A stretch of DNA of 64,000 nt from an uncultured Verrucomicrobiae bacterium (lineage in GTDB: Bacteria; Verrucomicrobiota; Verrucomicrobiia; Palsa-1439), in assembly GCA_963812605.1 (NCBI GenBank), contig CAWEWF010000005.1:352001-416000 (forward strand), written 5' to 3'. The notes beneath the pieces are model-generated. The model was not told the DNA's origin, ran no database searches, and was given only the letters and a program-made list of their open reading frames with translations. Each line of letters begins with the position of its first letter. The first letter of the stretch is position 1. Both the position numbers and the translations under genes were made by a program. Shown here in pieces: positions 10,472-20,814 of the stretch.

Positions 10472-10684
10472 TCCTTCGCTTCTTAACGCTTTCGCCGTCG
10501 TTTTGTAACATTTCCAAGCCAGTCTGGGCGTGCGAGATAGGAAAATAATACTTGTGCAAAATCCATTCACAATAAAGTCAAGAAAAGTCTTGCGTTAAAG
10601 GCTTTCATCTCTATGATGAAAATCGGAGAAGCGAACAGGTCCACTCGCGAGGTGGGCTCTAAAACAACGGAGAGGGGTAAGGAC

Positions 10685-11485
10685 ATGAAGAAGAGGGTAT
10701 TCTTGGCGAGTATAGTGGCGTTTACTTTAGCTGCGGTTAGTGCGAGAGCGCAAAGCACCATTTCACAATGGACTTTTGAGACGCCGGGGGACACTAATGG
10801 GTTGGTTCTTGCCCCTGGTGCTGGTAATTCCCCTGGCTCTGTTGTAGCCGATAATGGAGTCAATTCGGCTGGTAGTACTGCCACTGGGCTTCACGCAACG
10901 ACATCAACATATAGCACCCCGGCGGGAGATGTGGATCCTGTCATCGGCGTTCTCGCTCCCCCTGCTTCTCCTTTTTACGGTACTGGGCTTCCCAGTTCCG
11001 CTCAAGCGAGCAATAGCCCTTCCCTTCACGCATTCAGTGCCAATGGCTGGTCTGTCGGCGATTACTGGCAATTCAAAACCAGCACGTTGGGGTATACGGG
11101 CGTCAATGTCTATTGGGACCAATCGGGCAGTGCCACCGGCCCACAGTTTTTCTCGCTCCAATACAGCAATAGCCTAACCGGCGGAGCTTTCGTTACACTA
11201 GAGGGTCCAATGTCTGTAGGCACGGCCGCAAGTACTTGGAACACCACGACGGTGGGGGGGCTTAGCACCAACGCACTAGGCGGGGGCGCCCTCGACAATT
11301 CGTCCGTCATTATCTTCCGCTTGGTGGATACCTCGACAACCAGCATTAATGGCGGAACTGTTGCGTCGGGGGGCACCGACCGCCTTGACAACTTCACCGT
11401 AATAAGCGTGCCAGAGCCGTCTACAGTGGTACTGGTTGGCGCGGGCTTGATCGGTATGTTGGCGATGCGTTGTCGTCGCTCATAG
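10685..11485 (+). CDS. PEP-CTERM sorting domain protein (Ser/Thr/Gly-rich)
   Basis: Signal peptide; C-terminal VPEPST, TM helix and RRS. Confidence 0.9.
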   Translation: MKKRVFLASIVAFTLAAVSARAQSTISQWTFETPGDTNGLVLAPGAGNSPGSVVADNGVNSAGSTATGLHATTSTYSTPAGDVDPVIGVLAPPASPFYGTGLPSSAQASNSPSLHAFSANGWSVGDYWQFKTSTLGYTGVNVYWDQSGSATGPQFFSLQYSNSLTGGAFVTLEGPMSVGTAASTWNTTTVGGLSTNALGGGALDNSSVIIFRLVDTSTTSINGGTVASGGTDRLDNFTVISVPEPSTVVLVGAGLIGMLAMRCRRS

Positions 11486-11515
11486 TCAAGGCGAATACTG
11501 GTTTGCTTCACCCTT

Positions 11516-11554
11516 GCGGGTCGTCCTGAGGGATCAGGGCGACCCGTTTGCTTT
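11516..11554 (+). terminator. Probable intrinsic terminator
   Basis: GCGGGTCGTCCTGA/TCAGGGCGACCCGT stem followed by T-rich tail. Confidence 0.6.
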
Positions 11555-11609
11555 TGCCCATGACGTTTGTTTCCTTGGATTGATTCCTCGTTCGACGATC
11601 TGATATACC

Positions 11610-13232
11610 GTGGATGTCATGAGACAGCGTAATCGAGGGGGTTTGGTCTGCGGTCTACTGATACTTCTTGCGTCGCGGCTCTCCGCCCGTGAAGTGCCGA
11701 TCACGATTCTTCATACCTGCGACCTTCACGGGAACGTGTTGCCCACGGAGAGCTACGAGGGGAAGACGAATGTGGGCGGCATCGCGCGCTGCGCCACGGT
11801 GATCCGCCAAATACGCGCCCAGGAGAAGAATGTCCTGCTCGTGGATGCCGGCGACACCATGCAGGGTACTCCGGTCAGTTTTCTCAGTGACGGGCAGGTG
11901 ATGGTGAAATGCCTGAACCAGTTGCACTACGATTCGTGGACATGGGGGAATCATGAGTTCGACTGGGGACTGGAAAAGCTGGCCGCCCGCGCCGAGCAGG
12001 CCGAGATCCCGATTGTGGTTGCCAATATGCGAGAAGCCGGCAACGGGAGCAATCCCGCTTCCCGACGGATCACCTCGCGGGTGAAGCCGTACATCATACG
12101 GGAAATCGACGGCGTGAAGGTGGGTATCATCGGGTTGGACACGCCCGACATTCCAAGCTGGAGCCGCCCGCGATTGATCGCCGGGTTGGAGTTCATGGAT
12201 TCGGTCGAGACATTGCGACGAATCATTCCCGAGGCGCGCGCGGCGGGGGCGCAGGTCCTGGTCCTGGTATGCCACCAAGGCTACCGGGAGGGAGGGGATG
12301 ACCATGCCAACCAGATTAATGCCATCGCGCGCAATTTCCCCGAGTTGGATGTGATCATCGGCGCCCACACGCACCGCAACTTTCCCGAATTCAAGGTTGG
12401 CAATGTCTTGTACAGCCAGGCCGACTATTATGGCATTTATCTTGGCCGGGTGGACCTGGTGTTTGACACGGAGAAGGGCCGCGTGGTCAAGCGCCAGTCC
12501 AGCACGCTGCTGATGGATGAACACATCCCGCTCGATGGCGAAATCCTCAAGCTCACGGGCGCGGAACTTGAGCGCGCCGAGAAACTGTCGAGCACCTATC
12601 TTGGCCGGGCCACGGACGATTTCTGGATTCGCGCTCTGCCACACAAGGAGACACCGATCCACGATCTTATCTTCAAGGCGGTTGCCCATGCGCTCGGCGA
12701 GCAAGGCGCCGAGGTGGACGTGATCGTGCATGGGATCAACGAACGCCGGCATGGATTGAAGAAGGGCTCGATCACCGTGGGGGATGTCTGGAAAATCGTG
12801 CCATACGAAAACACCGTGGGTATTGTGCAATTGACGCCGGCGGAACTGCGTGAGGTCCTGGATGAAGACGCGGAGACCTATAATAATCCAGCGTTTCGGG
12901 GGATCTGGGGATTGAAGTGGACGTTTGATCCGGAGGCGAAGTCGGGTGAGCGGACCACGGCCCTGGTACATGCCGATGGTTCTTCTTTGAACGAAACGAA
13001 AAGGCTCGCGGTGGCGTTCAACAGTTACGACCTGGCCAGCGGCGGGCAGCGGTGGAAGAAGTTACGGGAATTGGTGGATCGGCCCGAGGCGAAACTGGTT
13101 GAATACAACTTTCAAACGCGCGAAGCCGTCATCAACTACATTCGCAGCCGCGGCACGATTACACCAACCATCGGTGACTGGTGGGCGGCGAAACGCGGCT
13201 CCAAGCCGGAGCAGGCTTCCGAAACCAAGTAA
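11610..13232 (+). CDS. Bifunctional UDP-sugar hydrolase/5'-nucleotidase family
   Basis: HTCDLHG, DAGD, GNHEFD, GAHTH; 5'-nucleotidase C-terminal domain (PYENT). Confidence 0.88.
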   Translation: MDVMRQRNRGGLVCGLLILLASRLSAREVPITILHTCDLHGNVLPTESYEGKTNVGGIARCATVIRQIRAQEKNVLLVDAGDTMQGTPVSFLSDGQVMVKCLNQLHYDSWTWGNHEFDWGLEKLAARAEQAEIPIVVANMREAGNGSNPASRRITSRVKPYIIREIDGVKVGIIGLDTPDIPSWSRPRLIAGLEFMDSVETLRRIIPEARAAGAQVLVLVCHQGYREGGDDHANQINAIARNFPELDVIIGAHTHRNFPEFKVGNVLYSQADYYGIYLGRVDLVFDTEKGRVVKRQSSTLLMDEHIPLDGEILKLTGAELERAEKLSSTYLGRATDDFWIRALPHKETPIHDLIFKAVAHALGEQGAEVDVIVHGINERRHGLKKGSITVGDVWKIVPYENTVGIVQLTPAELREVLDEDAETYNNPAFRGIWGLKWTFDPEAKSGERTTALVHADGSSLNETKRLAVAFNSYDLASGGQRWKKLRELVDRPEAKLVEYNFQTREAVINYIRSRGTITPTIGDWWAAKRGSKPEQASETK

Positions 13233-13244
13233 GGTCCTGTCCGG

Positions 13245-14048
13245 CTATGGCCCGAGTTTCACGGCACCCGCTGCATCGGGAACGATCTGTCGCGTTCCAT
13301 TCTCCAGTTTGACCGGGCCGGTGATCGTGACGACACGGCCCGGTTGAAGTTCTGCGACAGACAAACCTGACAGCGCCTTCTCTCCAAGCACAACTGTAAT
13401 TTCGCCGGTGGCGTCCTGGACGCTGAGTCGCTGGGGTTTGTCAGCACTGTCCGAGGTGGCGATGGTGCCGGAAATGATCACGACGCGGTCAGCCCAATCC
13501 GCCTTGATCGCCCCGATGACTGTCGCGGCGGGCGACGCTGCCAGACCCGTCGACGACATCGGAGGGGGTGAAGCAAGGGTGGCCGTCGCGGGTGTTGCGG
13601 CGCCAGCGGCGTCACTAACGACGACGACCGAGGCCGCGTTGCGAAGAAGTAACTGGAGTTGATCGTGATAGATATTTACGGGGGCTGTCACACGGATGGT
13701 GTTTCCCACTTTCACTTTCCCTGCGAGTTGCGGCTGCATGTCCGACCAATACACGAGCGGGAGTGTCGCGCCGCCTTCCGTGAGGCTGACGATGTAAGGA
13801 GCGCGTCCGCTACTCGGCTCGGCCACGTTCGAGATGACGGCTTGGACGGTGACTACTTGGTTTGACAAGGACTTGCTGACGCTGCCGATGGGAGTGAGAG
13901 AAGCATCGTTCGCCAGCGTGATGGCGGGATTCGCCATATTCGTACAAAGAACCATGACAAAAAAGGACAACAGCCATCGCAAATGGAACTTCCCGCCGCG
14001 AGGAGTGCGTTTGTCCGTTGGAAAGTGGCTGGCAAATGTCAGTAGCAT
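13245..14048 (-). CDS. Exported protein with two OB-fold nucleic-acid-binding-like domains
   Basis: Two OB-like repeats (VTVQAVI..; VIISGTI..QDATGEI..VTITGPV) with Pro/Ala linker; start uncertain. Confidence 0.6.
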   Translation of the reverse strand: MLLTFASHFPTDKRTPRGGKFHLRWLLSFFVMVLCTNMANPAITLANDASLTPIGSVSKSLSNQVVTVQAVISNVAEPSSGRAPYIVSLTEGGATLPLVYWSDMQPQLAGKVKVGNTIRVTAPVNIYHDQLQLLLRNAASVVVVSDAAGAATPATATLASPPPMSSTGLAASPAATVIGAIKADWADRVVIISGTIATSDSADKPQRLSVQDATGEITVVLGEKALSGLSVAELQPGRVVTITGPVKLENGTRQIVPDAAGAVKLGP

Positions 14049-14163
14049 GTTTTTTCCTTTTTACGGGGCTTTAGGGCGTATCCGCCAATGACCGCCTTGA
14101 TTCTTCCAATGAAACGCGGGCGCGGCAAGAAAAAATCTTGACGAACCAAACGGAAACTCGCAA

Positions 14164-14179
14164 TGGCATATTAGTTGCT
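14164..14179 (+). promoter_or_regulatory. sigma54 -24/-12 promoter upstream of pilC
   Basis: TGGCATATTAGTTGCT (GG-N10-GC). Confidence 0.75.
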
Positions 14180-14230
14180 CGGTTCTGCGTAGGATTGTTG
14201 GCGATGGCATTTGGATACTGACAAGCGTTT

Positions 14231-15439
14231 ATGGCGAATTTTACCTATCAAGCGCGCGATACCTCGGGGAAACCGAAGGGTGGCGATATCGAAGCCGAGG
14301 ACCAGCAGGCGGCGTCGGTGCTGCTCATGGATCGCGGACTGATGGTCATTTCCATTCGGGCCACCCCCGGGCGCAAAGGCGGGCGCAAGCGCCGTCAAGG
14401 CAAGGTCAAGTCGCAGGACCTGGTGGTTTTCACGCGTCAATTGGCAACCATGATGGATGCCGGGTTGCCGCTTGTCCAGACATTGACAGCCCTGGAAGAA
14501 CAGACCGATAATCCGGTTTTCAAGCCCGTGTTGCGGCATGTCACCACGAAAGTGGAGCAGGGCCATTCGTTTTCCGAGGCGTTGGCCGAACATCCCAAGG
14601 TGTTTACCAAGCTCTACGTAAGCATGGTGGAAGCGGGGGAAACCGGCGGCTTGCTGGCGGAGATTCTGGATCGCCTGGCGAGCTATTTGGAGTCGACGGC
14701 CCGCTTGAAGAAGAAGGTCAAGTCGGCGATGTCGTATCCTGTGATCGTGTGTTTCATTGCGCTGTCGATCGCGCTGTTCCTGATCGTCAAGGTCATCCCG
14801 ATTTTTGCCGGTATCTATAAAGATTTCGGCGCGGCGTTGCCGGCCCCGACGCAGATCCTGATCGACATCAGCGACATTATTCGCTCGTACTTCCTGCTCG
14901 CCATCGGCGCGGTGGCCGGAGTGATCTTTGGCTTTGTGAAGTTCAAGCAAACCAAGCAGGGAATGGCAATTTGGGACCGTACCAAGTTGCGGATGCCCGT
15001 ATTTGGAAAACTGATCCACAAGATCGCGATTTCACGCTTCGCGCGCACGTTCGCGGCGCTGTTGCGGAGTGGCGTGCCGATTTTGGAAACCCTGCGCATT
15101 GTGGGGCAATCGGCGGGAAATACCGTCGTGGAAAGGGCCGCCGAAAAGATCGCCAACAGTATTGAGCGCGGCGACAATCTCGCGGTGGCGCTGGGACAAC
15201 ATCCGATTTTCCCACCCATGCTGGTCCGGATGGTTTCGGCCGGTGAACAAACGGGCAAAGTGGACGTGATGCTCGAGAAGATTTCCGATTTCTATGATGA
15301 AGAAATTGAGGCGACACTGTCGGGGCTGACGTCGCTGATCGAACCCTTGTTGATCGTATTTCTCGGCGTGGTGGTCGGCAGTATCGTGATATGCATGTTT
15401 CTGCCGATCTTCAAACTGAATCAAATCGTGCAATTCTAA
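14231..15439 (+). CDS. pilC: Type IV pilus platform protein PilC (GspF family)
   Basis: FTRQLATMMDAGLPL, AGETGG, AMSYP, GEQTG, IEPLLI, MFLPIF. Confidence 0.92.
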   Translation: MANFTYQARDTSGKPKGGDIEAEDQQAASVLLMDRGLMVISIRATPGRKGGRKRRQGKVKSQDLVVFTRQLATMMDAGLPLVQTLTALEEQTDNPVFKPVLRHVTTKVEQGHSFSEALAEHPKVFTKLYVSMVEAGETGGLLAEILDRLASYLESTARLKKKVKSAMSYPVIVCFIALSIALFLIVKVIPIFAGIYKDFGAALPAPTQILIDISDIIRSYFLLAIGAVAGVIFGFVKFKQTKQGMAIWDRTKLRMPVFGKLIHKIAISRFARTFAALLRSGVPILETLRIVGQSAGNTVVERAAEKIANSIERGDNLAVALGQHPIFPPMLVRMVSAGEQTGKVDVMLEKISDFYDEEIEATLSGLTSLIEPLLIVFLGVVVGSIVICMFLPIFKLNQIVQF

Positions 15440-15520
15440 AAGCGGCGCCGCCTGGCAGCGGGCTGGCGCCGGTGAAGTAAAACCAGGGGGCTGCCAGGAG
15501 TGAGCGCAGAGGAGGATTTC

Positions 15521-17047
15521 ATGGCGAAAATAATTATAGTTGATGACGATCCCGCGATGGTGTCCGTGCTATCGGAGGTGTTGCGGGAGCATCGGCATGA
15601 AGTGATTCCGGCGAGCAGCCCGGAGCGCGCACTTCAACTCGTGAAGGACAGCGCTCCCGATCTTGTCTTGTCCGACATCGAGATGCCGGAAGGCAAGCCC
15701 ATGGGCCTGAAGTTGTTGCAGCAGGTCAAGGAGTACAATCGTTCCATCCCCGTAGTGATGATTACCGGGCAGGGGACCAAGGAGCGCGCCGTACAAGCGC
15801 TTCGCGCTGGCGCGCAGGATTTTGTCGAGAAACCTTTCCAGATCGATGAGCTGGTCAAGCGCATCGACAACGCGCTCCTCCAGCAGAAAGCCGTGCATGC
15901 GCTCGAGGAAAACGTCGAACTCCGCCGTCAACTCCAGGATAAATTCCGTTTCGATTCGATGATTGGCTCGAGTCCCCGGATGGAGGCGGTCTATCGGCTT
16001 ATCGAGCGCGTAGCCAACACCGAGTCCACCGTGCTGATCCTTGGCGAAAGCGGAACCGGCAAGGAACTCGTGGCCCGGGCGTTGCATTACAACAGCCGTC
16101 GCGCCGCGATGCCCTTTGTCGCGGTGAATTGCAGCGCGCTCCCCGAGCACCTGCTCGAGTCCGAACTCTTCGGTCATCGCAAAGGCGCGTTTACCGGCGC
16201 AGCCTTCGACAAGATGGGGCTTTTCCAGCACGCCGATGGCGGGTCGATCCTGCTCGACGAAATCGGCTCGATGGCGCCGAGTTTGCAGAGCAAACTCTTG
16301 CGCTTTCTTCAGGACCGGGAACTTCGCCGCGTCGGTGACACCGACACGATCAAGGTCGATGTCCGCGTGCTGGCGGCGACCAATGAACCGCTGCAGCAAA
16401 AGATGCTGGACAAGACGTTCCGTGAAGACCTGTTTTACCGGATCAGTGTCATCCCAGTGCAACTGCCGGCCCTGCGCGAGCGGGTCGAGGACATTCCGCT
16501 GTTGGTGAACCATTTCGTGCAACAATGCGCGGAGCGACAGGGCACGCCGCCCCCGCGCGTCTCCGACGAGATGATGAGCGTGATGAAAGCGTACCGCTGG
16601 CCCGGTAACGTGCGCGAACTGCAGAATGCGATCGAGCGGGCCTTCGCGCTTTGCGACAATGGTGTGTTCCTGTTGAAAGATTTGCCCGAGCGCGTCCTGG
16701 AAGCCGTCGCGGGTGTCAATGGGGCGTCGTCGACTGCTCTTTCAAGATTGTCCGCGTCAACGTCCGGCACCGGACCGAATACGCCGGAGGCCGCCATCGA
16801 CGCAACGTTGGCCGAAATGGCCGCGGGCGCTGCCCAATGGAGCCGCGGCCTGCCGCCGATGCAACTCAAGGAATTCCTGCACGGGCAGGAAGTCAACTAC
16901 ATCGAGCAAGTCATCCAGTCCGTTGGCGGCGACAAGGAGAAAGCCGCGCAAATGCTCGGTATCAGCATGGCCACGCTCTATCGCAAACTCGCGCCGAGTT
17001 CCGAAGAAATGCCCTCCGTGGTTGAGAAGTCTCTGCCGCAGGCGTAA
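15521..17047 (+). CDS. sigma54-dependent response regulator (REC-AAA+-Fis HTH), PilR/NtrC-like
   Basis: VDDD receiver, [33 protein letters not shown]. Confidence 0.92.
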   Translation: MAKIIIVDDDPAMVSVLSEVLREHRHEVIPASSPERALQLVKDSAPDLVLSDIEMPEGKPMGLKLLQQVKEYNRSIPVVMITGQGTKERAVQALRAGAQDFVEKPFQIDELVKRIDNALLQQKAVHALEENVELRRQLQDKFRFDSMIGSSPRMEAVYRLIERVANTESTVLILGESGTGKELVARALHYNSRRAAMPFVAVNCSALPEHLLESELFGHRKGAFTGAAFDKMGLFQHADGGSILLDEIGSMAPSLQSKLLRFLQDRELRRVGDTDTIKVDVRVLAATNEPLQQKMLDKTFREDLFYRISVIPVQLPALRERVEDIPLLVNHFVQQCAERQGTPPPRVSDEMMSVMKAYRWPGNVRELQNAIERAFALCDNGVFLLKDLPERVLEAVAGVNGASSTALSRLSASTSGTGPNTPEAAIDATLAEMAAGAAQWSRGLPPMQLKEFLHGQEVNYIEQVIQSVGGDKEKAAQMLGISMATLYRKLAPSSEEMPSVVEKSLPQA

Positions 17048-17261
17048 CGGCAGCGCCGAACCAGGTGATGAAGTCGCAGCCGGCCCTGCGCCATTCGATG
17101 GACAGAGATGTCCAGTCTACCGCGCAATTGTGTTCATCAACGCGCCTTCTCCTGCTGGAGCAGCTTGCAAAACTGCAAGAATTCTCAATTCCTCGCGTGG
17201 CAGGGTGGCAAAAACTCAGAAATGACTGGTCGATTTGGGGGATCGTGCGGGCCATGGGCAC

Positions 17262-17277
17262 TGGCATTCTGCGTGCT
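17262..17277 (+). promoter_or_regulatory. sigma54 promoter upstream of major pilin
   Basis: TGGCATTCTGCGTGCT (GG-N10-GC). Confidence 0.7.
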
Positions 17278-17328
17278 TAACATGCTGCCGTGGAAGCTAG
17301 GAAATCCCATAAGAGGGAGGTGAATCAG

Positions 17329-17715
17329 ATGATTAAGATTAACAAGATCCGCAAGAACCGTTCGGCGTTCACCCTGGTAGAAATCATGATCGTGGTTGCC
17401 ATCATTGGGTTGCTCGCCGCTCTCGCGATCCCGGGTTTCGTCAAAGCCCGCAAACAGTCCCAGGGCCGCCGTATTCTCAATGACGCGCGTCAGATGGATG
17501 CCGCCATTGACCAGTGGGCTCTGGAGACAGGCCAGACGGATGGTAATACCATCAATACGACCTCCGCATCGACGTACTTGAAGACGGCGTGGAGAGTGAC
17601 CGACTTGCTCGGTAATACCTACAACCTTACCTTGGTGGGTTCTACCCAGATGTCGGTCAGTTCCGCGACCAAGAGTTCGTTGGCCGGTGTTGGTATCGAC
17701 TGGGGCGCCTACTAA
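17329..17715 (+). CDS. Type IV pilin (probable major pilin)
   Basis: GGGAGG RBS; basic leader then A|[22 protein letters not shown]. Confidence 0.9.
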   Translation: MIKINKIRKNRSAFTLVEIMIVVAIIGLLAALAIPGFVKARKQSQGRRILNDARQMDAAIDQWALETGQTDGNTINTTSASTYLKTAWRVTDLLGNTYNLTLVGSTQMSVSSATKSSLAGVGIDWGAY

Positions 17716-17757
17716 GGGCGAGCCCGGTGCAAGCGTGCAAACGCTTTTTGAACACGA

Positions 17758-17788
17758 TAGAGGCAGGAGGGCAGCCCTCCTGCCTCTA
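17758..17788. repeat. Perfect 15-bp inverted repeat between the pilin genes (terminator or mRNA stabiliser)
   Basis: TAGAGGCAGGAGGGC-A-GCCCTCCTGCCTCTA. Confidence 0.7.
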
Positions 17789-17848
17789 CCGCAAAGAAGA
17801 GGTGGCGTTAAGCAGGAAAAGTCATACCGCGGAAGGGAGGTGAGTGTG

Positions 17849-18232
17849 ATGCGAAGACAATCGCTTTGTGGGCAGCAGGCGTTCACGCTCGTGGAGATCA
17901 TGATCGTGGTGGCCATCATTGGGCTGCTTGCGGCGCTGGCGATTCCCAGTTTCATCAAAGATCGTAAACAATCGCAAGGTCGCCGCATCGTCAATGACGT
18001 CCGTCAGATCGACGCCGCCATTAACGCCTGGGCTGTTGAAGTCAACGCCGCCGACGGTACCCCCGTGGATCTCACAGCCGCCGCCCAGTACATGGAGTCA
18101 GCCAGCATCAGCACCACCGACCTGCTCGGCAACGCGTACCTAATCGGCCCGGTTGGTGATACGCAGATGGCAATTTCGGCCGTGACAAAATCGGCTTTAT
18201 CAGGGGTGGCAATCGATTGGGGCGCCTATTGA
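17849..18232 (+). CDS. Second type IV pilin, paralog of the preceding gene
   Basis: A|[22 protein letters not shown]; shares RKQSQGRRI and C-terminal IDWGAY. Confidence 0.9.
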   Translation: MRRQSLCGQQAFTLVEIMIVVAIIGLLAALAIPSFIKDRKQSQGRRIVNDVRQIDAAINAWAVEVNAADGTPVDLTAAAQYMESASISTTDLLGNAYLIGPVGDTQMAISAVTKSALSGVAIDWGAY

Positions 18233-18331
18233 TAAGTGGTTCCGGAGGAGACGGATCCGCGCGCGGAACTTTCGACCCGGCTTCGTAATCCCAGAAGTAC
18301 TTTGCCCACGGATGAAACCTCCGCCGGGTGA

Positions 18332-18347
18332 TGGCACATGAGGTGCT
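18332..18347 (+). promoter_or_regulatory. sigma54 promoter upstream of pilM
   Basis: TGGCACATGAGGTGCT (GG-N10-GC). Confidence 0.75.
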
Positions 18348-18372
18348 AGTTTATTGGATTTGGCAAACACAT

Positions 18373-19533
18373 ATGCTCTTTCGACGCAACAAACAACATA
18401 AACGCGACGTGGCCCTGGGTATCGACCTGGGCGCGAGCCAGATCAAGGCTGCCGTTATCCGACGCCAGAAGGAGAAGCTGGAATTGGTCGAGTACGCCGT
18501 TCGTCCGCTTCCCGCGGGCGTGGCCAAGGCGTACAAGGGTCCGGAATTCGCCGCAGAACTGCAGCAGCTTGTCGACGGCCTTAAAACTTCGGAACGCCAC
18601 GCCTTCGTGACGATCAGTTGCAGTTCGGCGATGGTGTGCCAGGCCGAGTTCCCGCCGGCGCCGCTCGCCGAAATCAAGACCGCCCTGAAACTCAACAGCT
18701 CCGGCTACCTCCGCCGTGATTTCTCGGCGTATTACCTCGATGCGTTCGAGTTGCAGAAGGGTGTCGAGGAACCCAAGGGAAAGGCCAAGGCCAAAGACAA
18801 GAATTCAGATCCGGCCAAGGATGCTGCCAAGGCGAACGGCGCCGCGAACGCCAAGGACCCGGCCAAGTCCAAAGATGCGGCGAAGACGAAGGACGCAGCC
18901 AAAACGAGCGTCCTCGTTGGCGGCGCGAGCAAGGAAGAGGTGGATGCCTGCCGTGAAGCGCTGATGGTCGCCAAGATCAAGCCCGAAGTGATCGAGCTGG
19001 CGGCGATCTCCGTCATCAACGCGTTTCAAGTGGGCCACGCCCACGGCAAGAACGAAGTCGTGGTGCTGATCGATATTGGCGCGCGCATGACCAGCATCAA
19101 CTTCCTGCTCGACGGCATGCCCCTGATCACACGCATCATGCATTTCGGCGGCGCCCAACTAAGCGACTACATCAGCCAGATCCTCGTGCTCAAGCCGGCT
19201 GAGGCCGAGGAAGAGAAACGAAAAATGTCCGGGCCAATCCAGGAGTTGGTGAAGACGGCCATCTCCCCGCTGGCCCGGGAAATTCGGTCTTCCATCGATT
19301 TCTTCGAACGGCAGAACGACCTCCACGTCAGCCAAATCTATGCGTGCGGAGGGTCCGCTTCTTCGCCGCAGGTCCTCACCATCCTCGGCGAGGCTGTGGG
19401 GACGCATGTCGAATGTTGGAACCTGATCGAAAGCCTCAACGTCAGCCACTTCAATGGCGAGACGCAACGCGTGCTCGCCCTGGGACCGTCCCTTGCCGCC
19501 GTTGTGGGCGCGGTCATTCCCCGACTCTCATGA
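18373..19533 (+). CDS. pilM: Type IV pilus assembly protein PilM
   Basis: LGIDLGASQIK, IDIGA, EIRSSIDFF, CGGS actin-like motifs. Confidence 0.85.
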   Translation: MLFRRNKQHKRDVALGIDLGASQIKAAVIRRQKEKLELVEYAVRPLPAGVAKAYKGPEFAAELQQLVDGLKTSERHAFVTISCSSAMVCQAEFPPAPLAEIKTALKLNSSGYLRRDFSAYYLDAFELQKGVEEPKGKAKAKDKNSDPAKDAAKANGAANAKDPAKSKDAAKTKDAAKTSVLVGGASKEEVDACREALMVAKIKPEVIELAAISVINAFQVGHAHGKNEVVVLIDIGARMTSINFLLDGMPLITRIMHFGGAQLSDYISQILVLKPAEAEEEKRKMSGPIQELVKTAISPLAREIRSSIDFFERQNDLHVSQIYACGGSASSPQVLTILGEAVGTHVECWNLIESLNVSHFNGETQRVLALGPSLAAVVGAVIPRLS

Positions 19534-19549
19534 ACAGGGATTTGCGACA

Positions 19550-20218
19550 ATGACAGCCATCACCCTTAATCTCCTGGCCGAAGAACAGCAGGCCCAGGTC
19601 GAGCGCGCCCGTGATCCGATCAAACTCTTTATCGCCGTCGGGCTGGGGGTGTTGACAGCGGCCGTCGCCTGGGGCGGCGCCTTGTCGGCAATCCTCTCGG
19701 AACGGCAGGTGGAGTTGCAGGGATTGGAGGCGCAGTGGAAAAAGATGAACGACGTTGGCCAGGGAGAAAGTGACTATCAGAAGGACAGCGACTACGCCGC
19801 GGGAATCGTCGCCATGAACCATTCGCGGACGGTGATGGCGCCACAGTTGGCAATGGTCAAGGACATCATTCCTTCCTCGGTTAAGCTGACCCATATTAAT
19901 TTTGCGCTGGCCACCGAAACAACGGGCGGCGATAGCGGCGGCGAGGAAGGCGCGGAGGGCAAGCATCCCGCGCGTCCAAAGCAATCCCGGCATCTGGCAT
20001 TGGAGTTGGATGGCGTGGCGTACGACGCCCATCCGGAATTGGAAGTGGACCGGTTTCTCAAGTCGCTGCGCAATGACACTCGCTTCGGCCCACTGGTGGA
20101 GGACATCCAGTTGCGTTCGATTGCGCGGACGACCGGCGAGGCCGACAAGTCCAGCGGCGCGCTACCCGCGGTGACCTTCGTCATCGAGTGTTCGTACAAG
20201 GAACAGGTGAAGAAATGA
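19550..20218 (+). CDS. pilN: PilN-like protein
   Basis: N-terminal LNLL (INLLP-like), one TM helix, coiled coil; follows pilM. Confidence 0.7.
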   Translation: MTAITLNLLAEEQQAQVERARDPIKLFIAVGLGVLTAAVAWGGALSAILSERQVELQGLEAQWKKMNDVGQGESDYQKDSDYAAGIVAMNHSRTVMAPQLAMVKDIIPSSVKLTHINFALATETTGGDSGGEEGAEGKHPARPKQSRHLALELDGVAYDAHPELEVDRFLKSLRNDTRFGPLVEDIQLRSIARTTGEADKSSGALPAVTFVIECSYKEQVKK

Positions 20219-20814
20219 CGCGTGGCTATTGGCGAAAGCTGCCGAAAGACAAGCTGCAAAAGATCGTGTTGATCTGTATGACGACACTGATCGCGCTGGT
20301 GGCCACGGTCGAATGCTATGCGCTCAAGAATTGGAGCGCGCTCAACGAAACGAAGAACCAGATCGCAAAACTCAATGATCAGATTCGCCAGGGCGAACGC
20401 AAAACCCGCCAGGCGACCCAGGATGTGGCCCGCCGCGCGGAAGTAAAAGCATTCGTCGAGACCCAGCGCGCGGCCATGATCAGCGGCGACCCGTTCGCCT
20501 GGGTCGTCCGCGAGCTCAGTCTGTTGGCGGAGCAGGAGCCGGTGCACATGGGCGGCTTGCACCCCGCCGGCAAGGTTGAAATAAAATCAGGAGTGGCGTC
20601 CTATTCCACACGAATTGAGTTCTCCGGCACGTACGACCAGATCGGCGCCTACGTCCGCGATCTGGAGAACAGATTCCCGACCAGTGAAATACAATCCGTC
20701 ACCGTGGCCGGCAGTTCCGATGACAAGGGCCGCCACGAAGCCGCGTTGGAGATTGCGCTGCGGGTGCAGCCGACACATGCCAGCGAGAAATTGGAGGCGA
20801 AAAAAGCATCATGA
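20215..20814 (+). CDS. pilO: PilO-like protein
   Basis: TM helix, coiled coil, GTYDQIGAYVRDLE motif. Confidence 0.7.
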   Translation: MTRGYWRKLPKDKLQKIVLICMTTLIALVATVECYALKNWSALNETKNQIAKLNDQIRQGERKTRQATQDVARRAEVKAFVETQRAAMISGDPFAWVVRELSLLAEQEPVHMGGLHPAGKVEIKSGVASYSTRIEFSGTYDQIGAYVRDLENRFPTSEIQSVTVAGSSDDKGRHEAALEIALRVQPTHASEKLEAKKAS

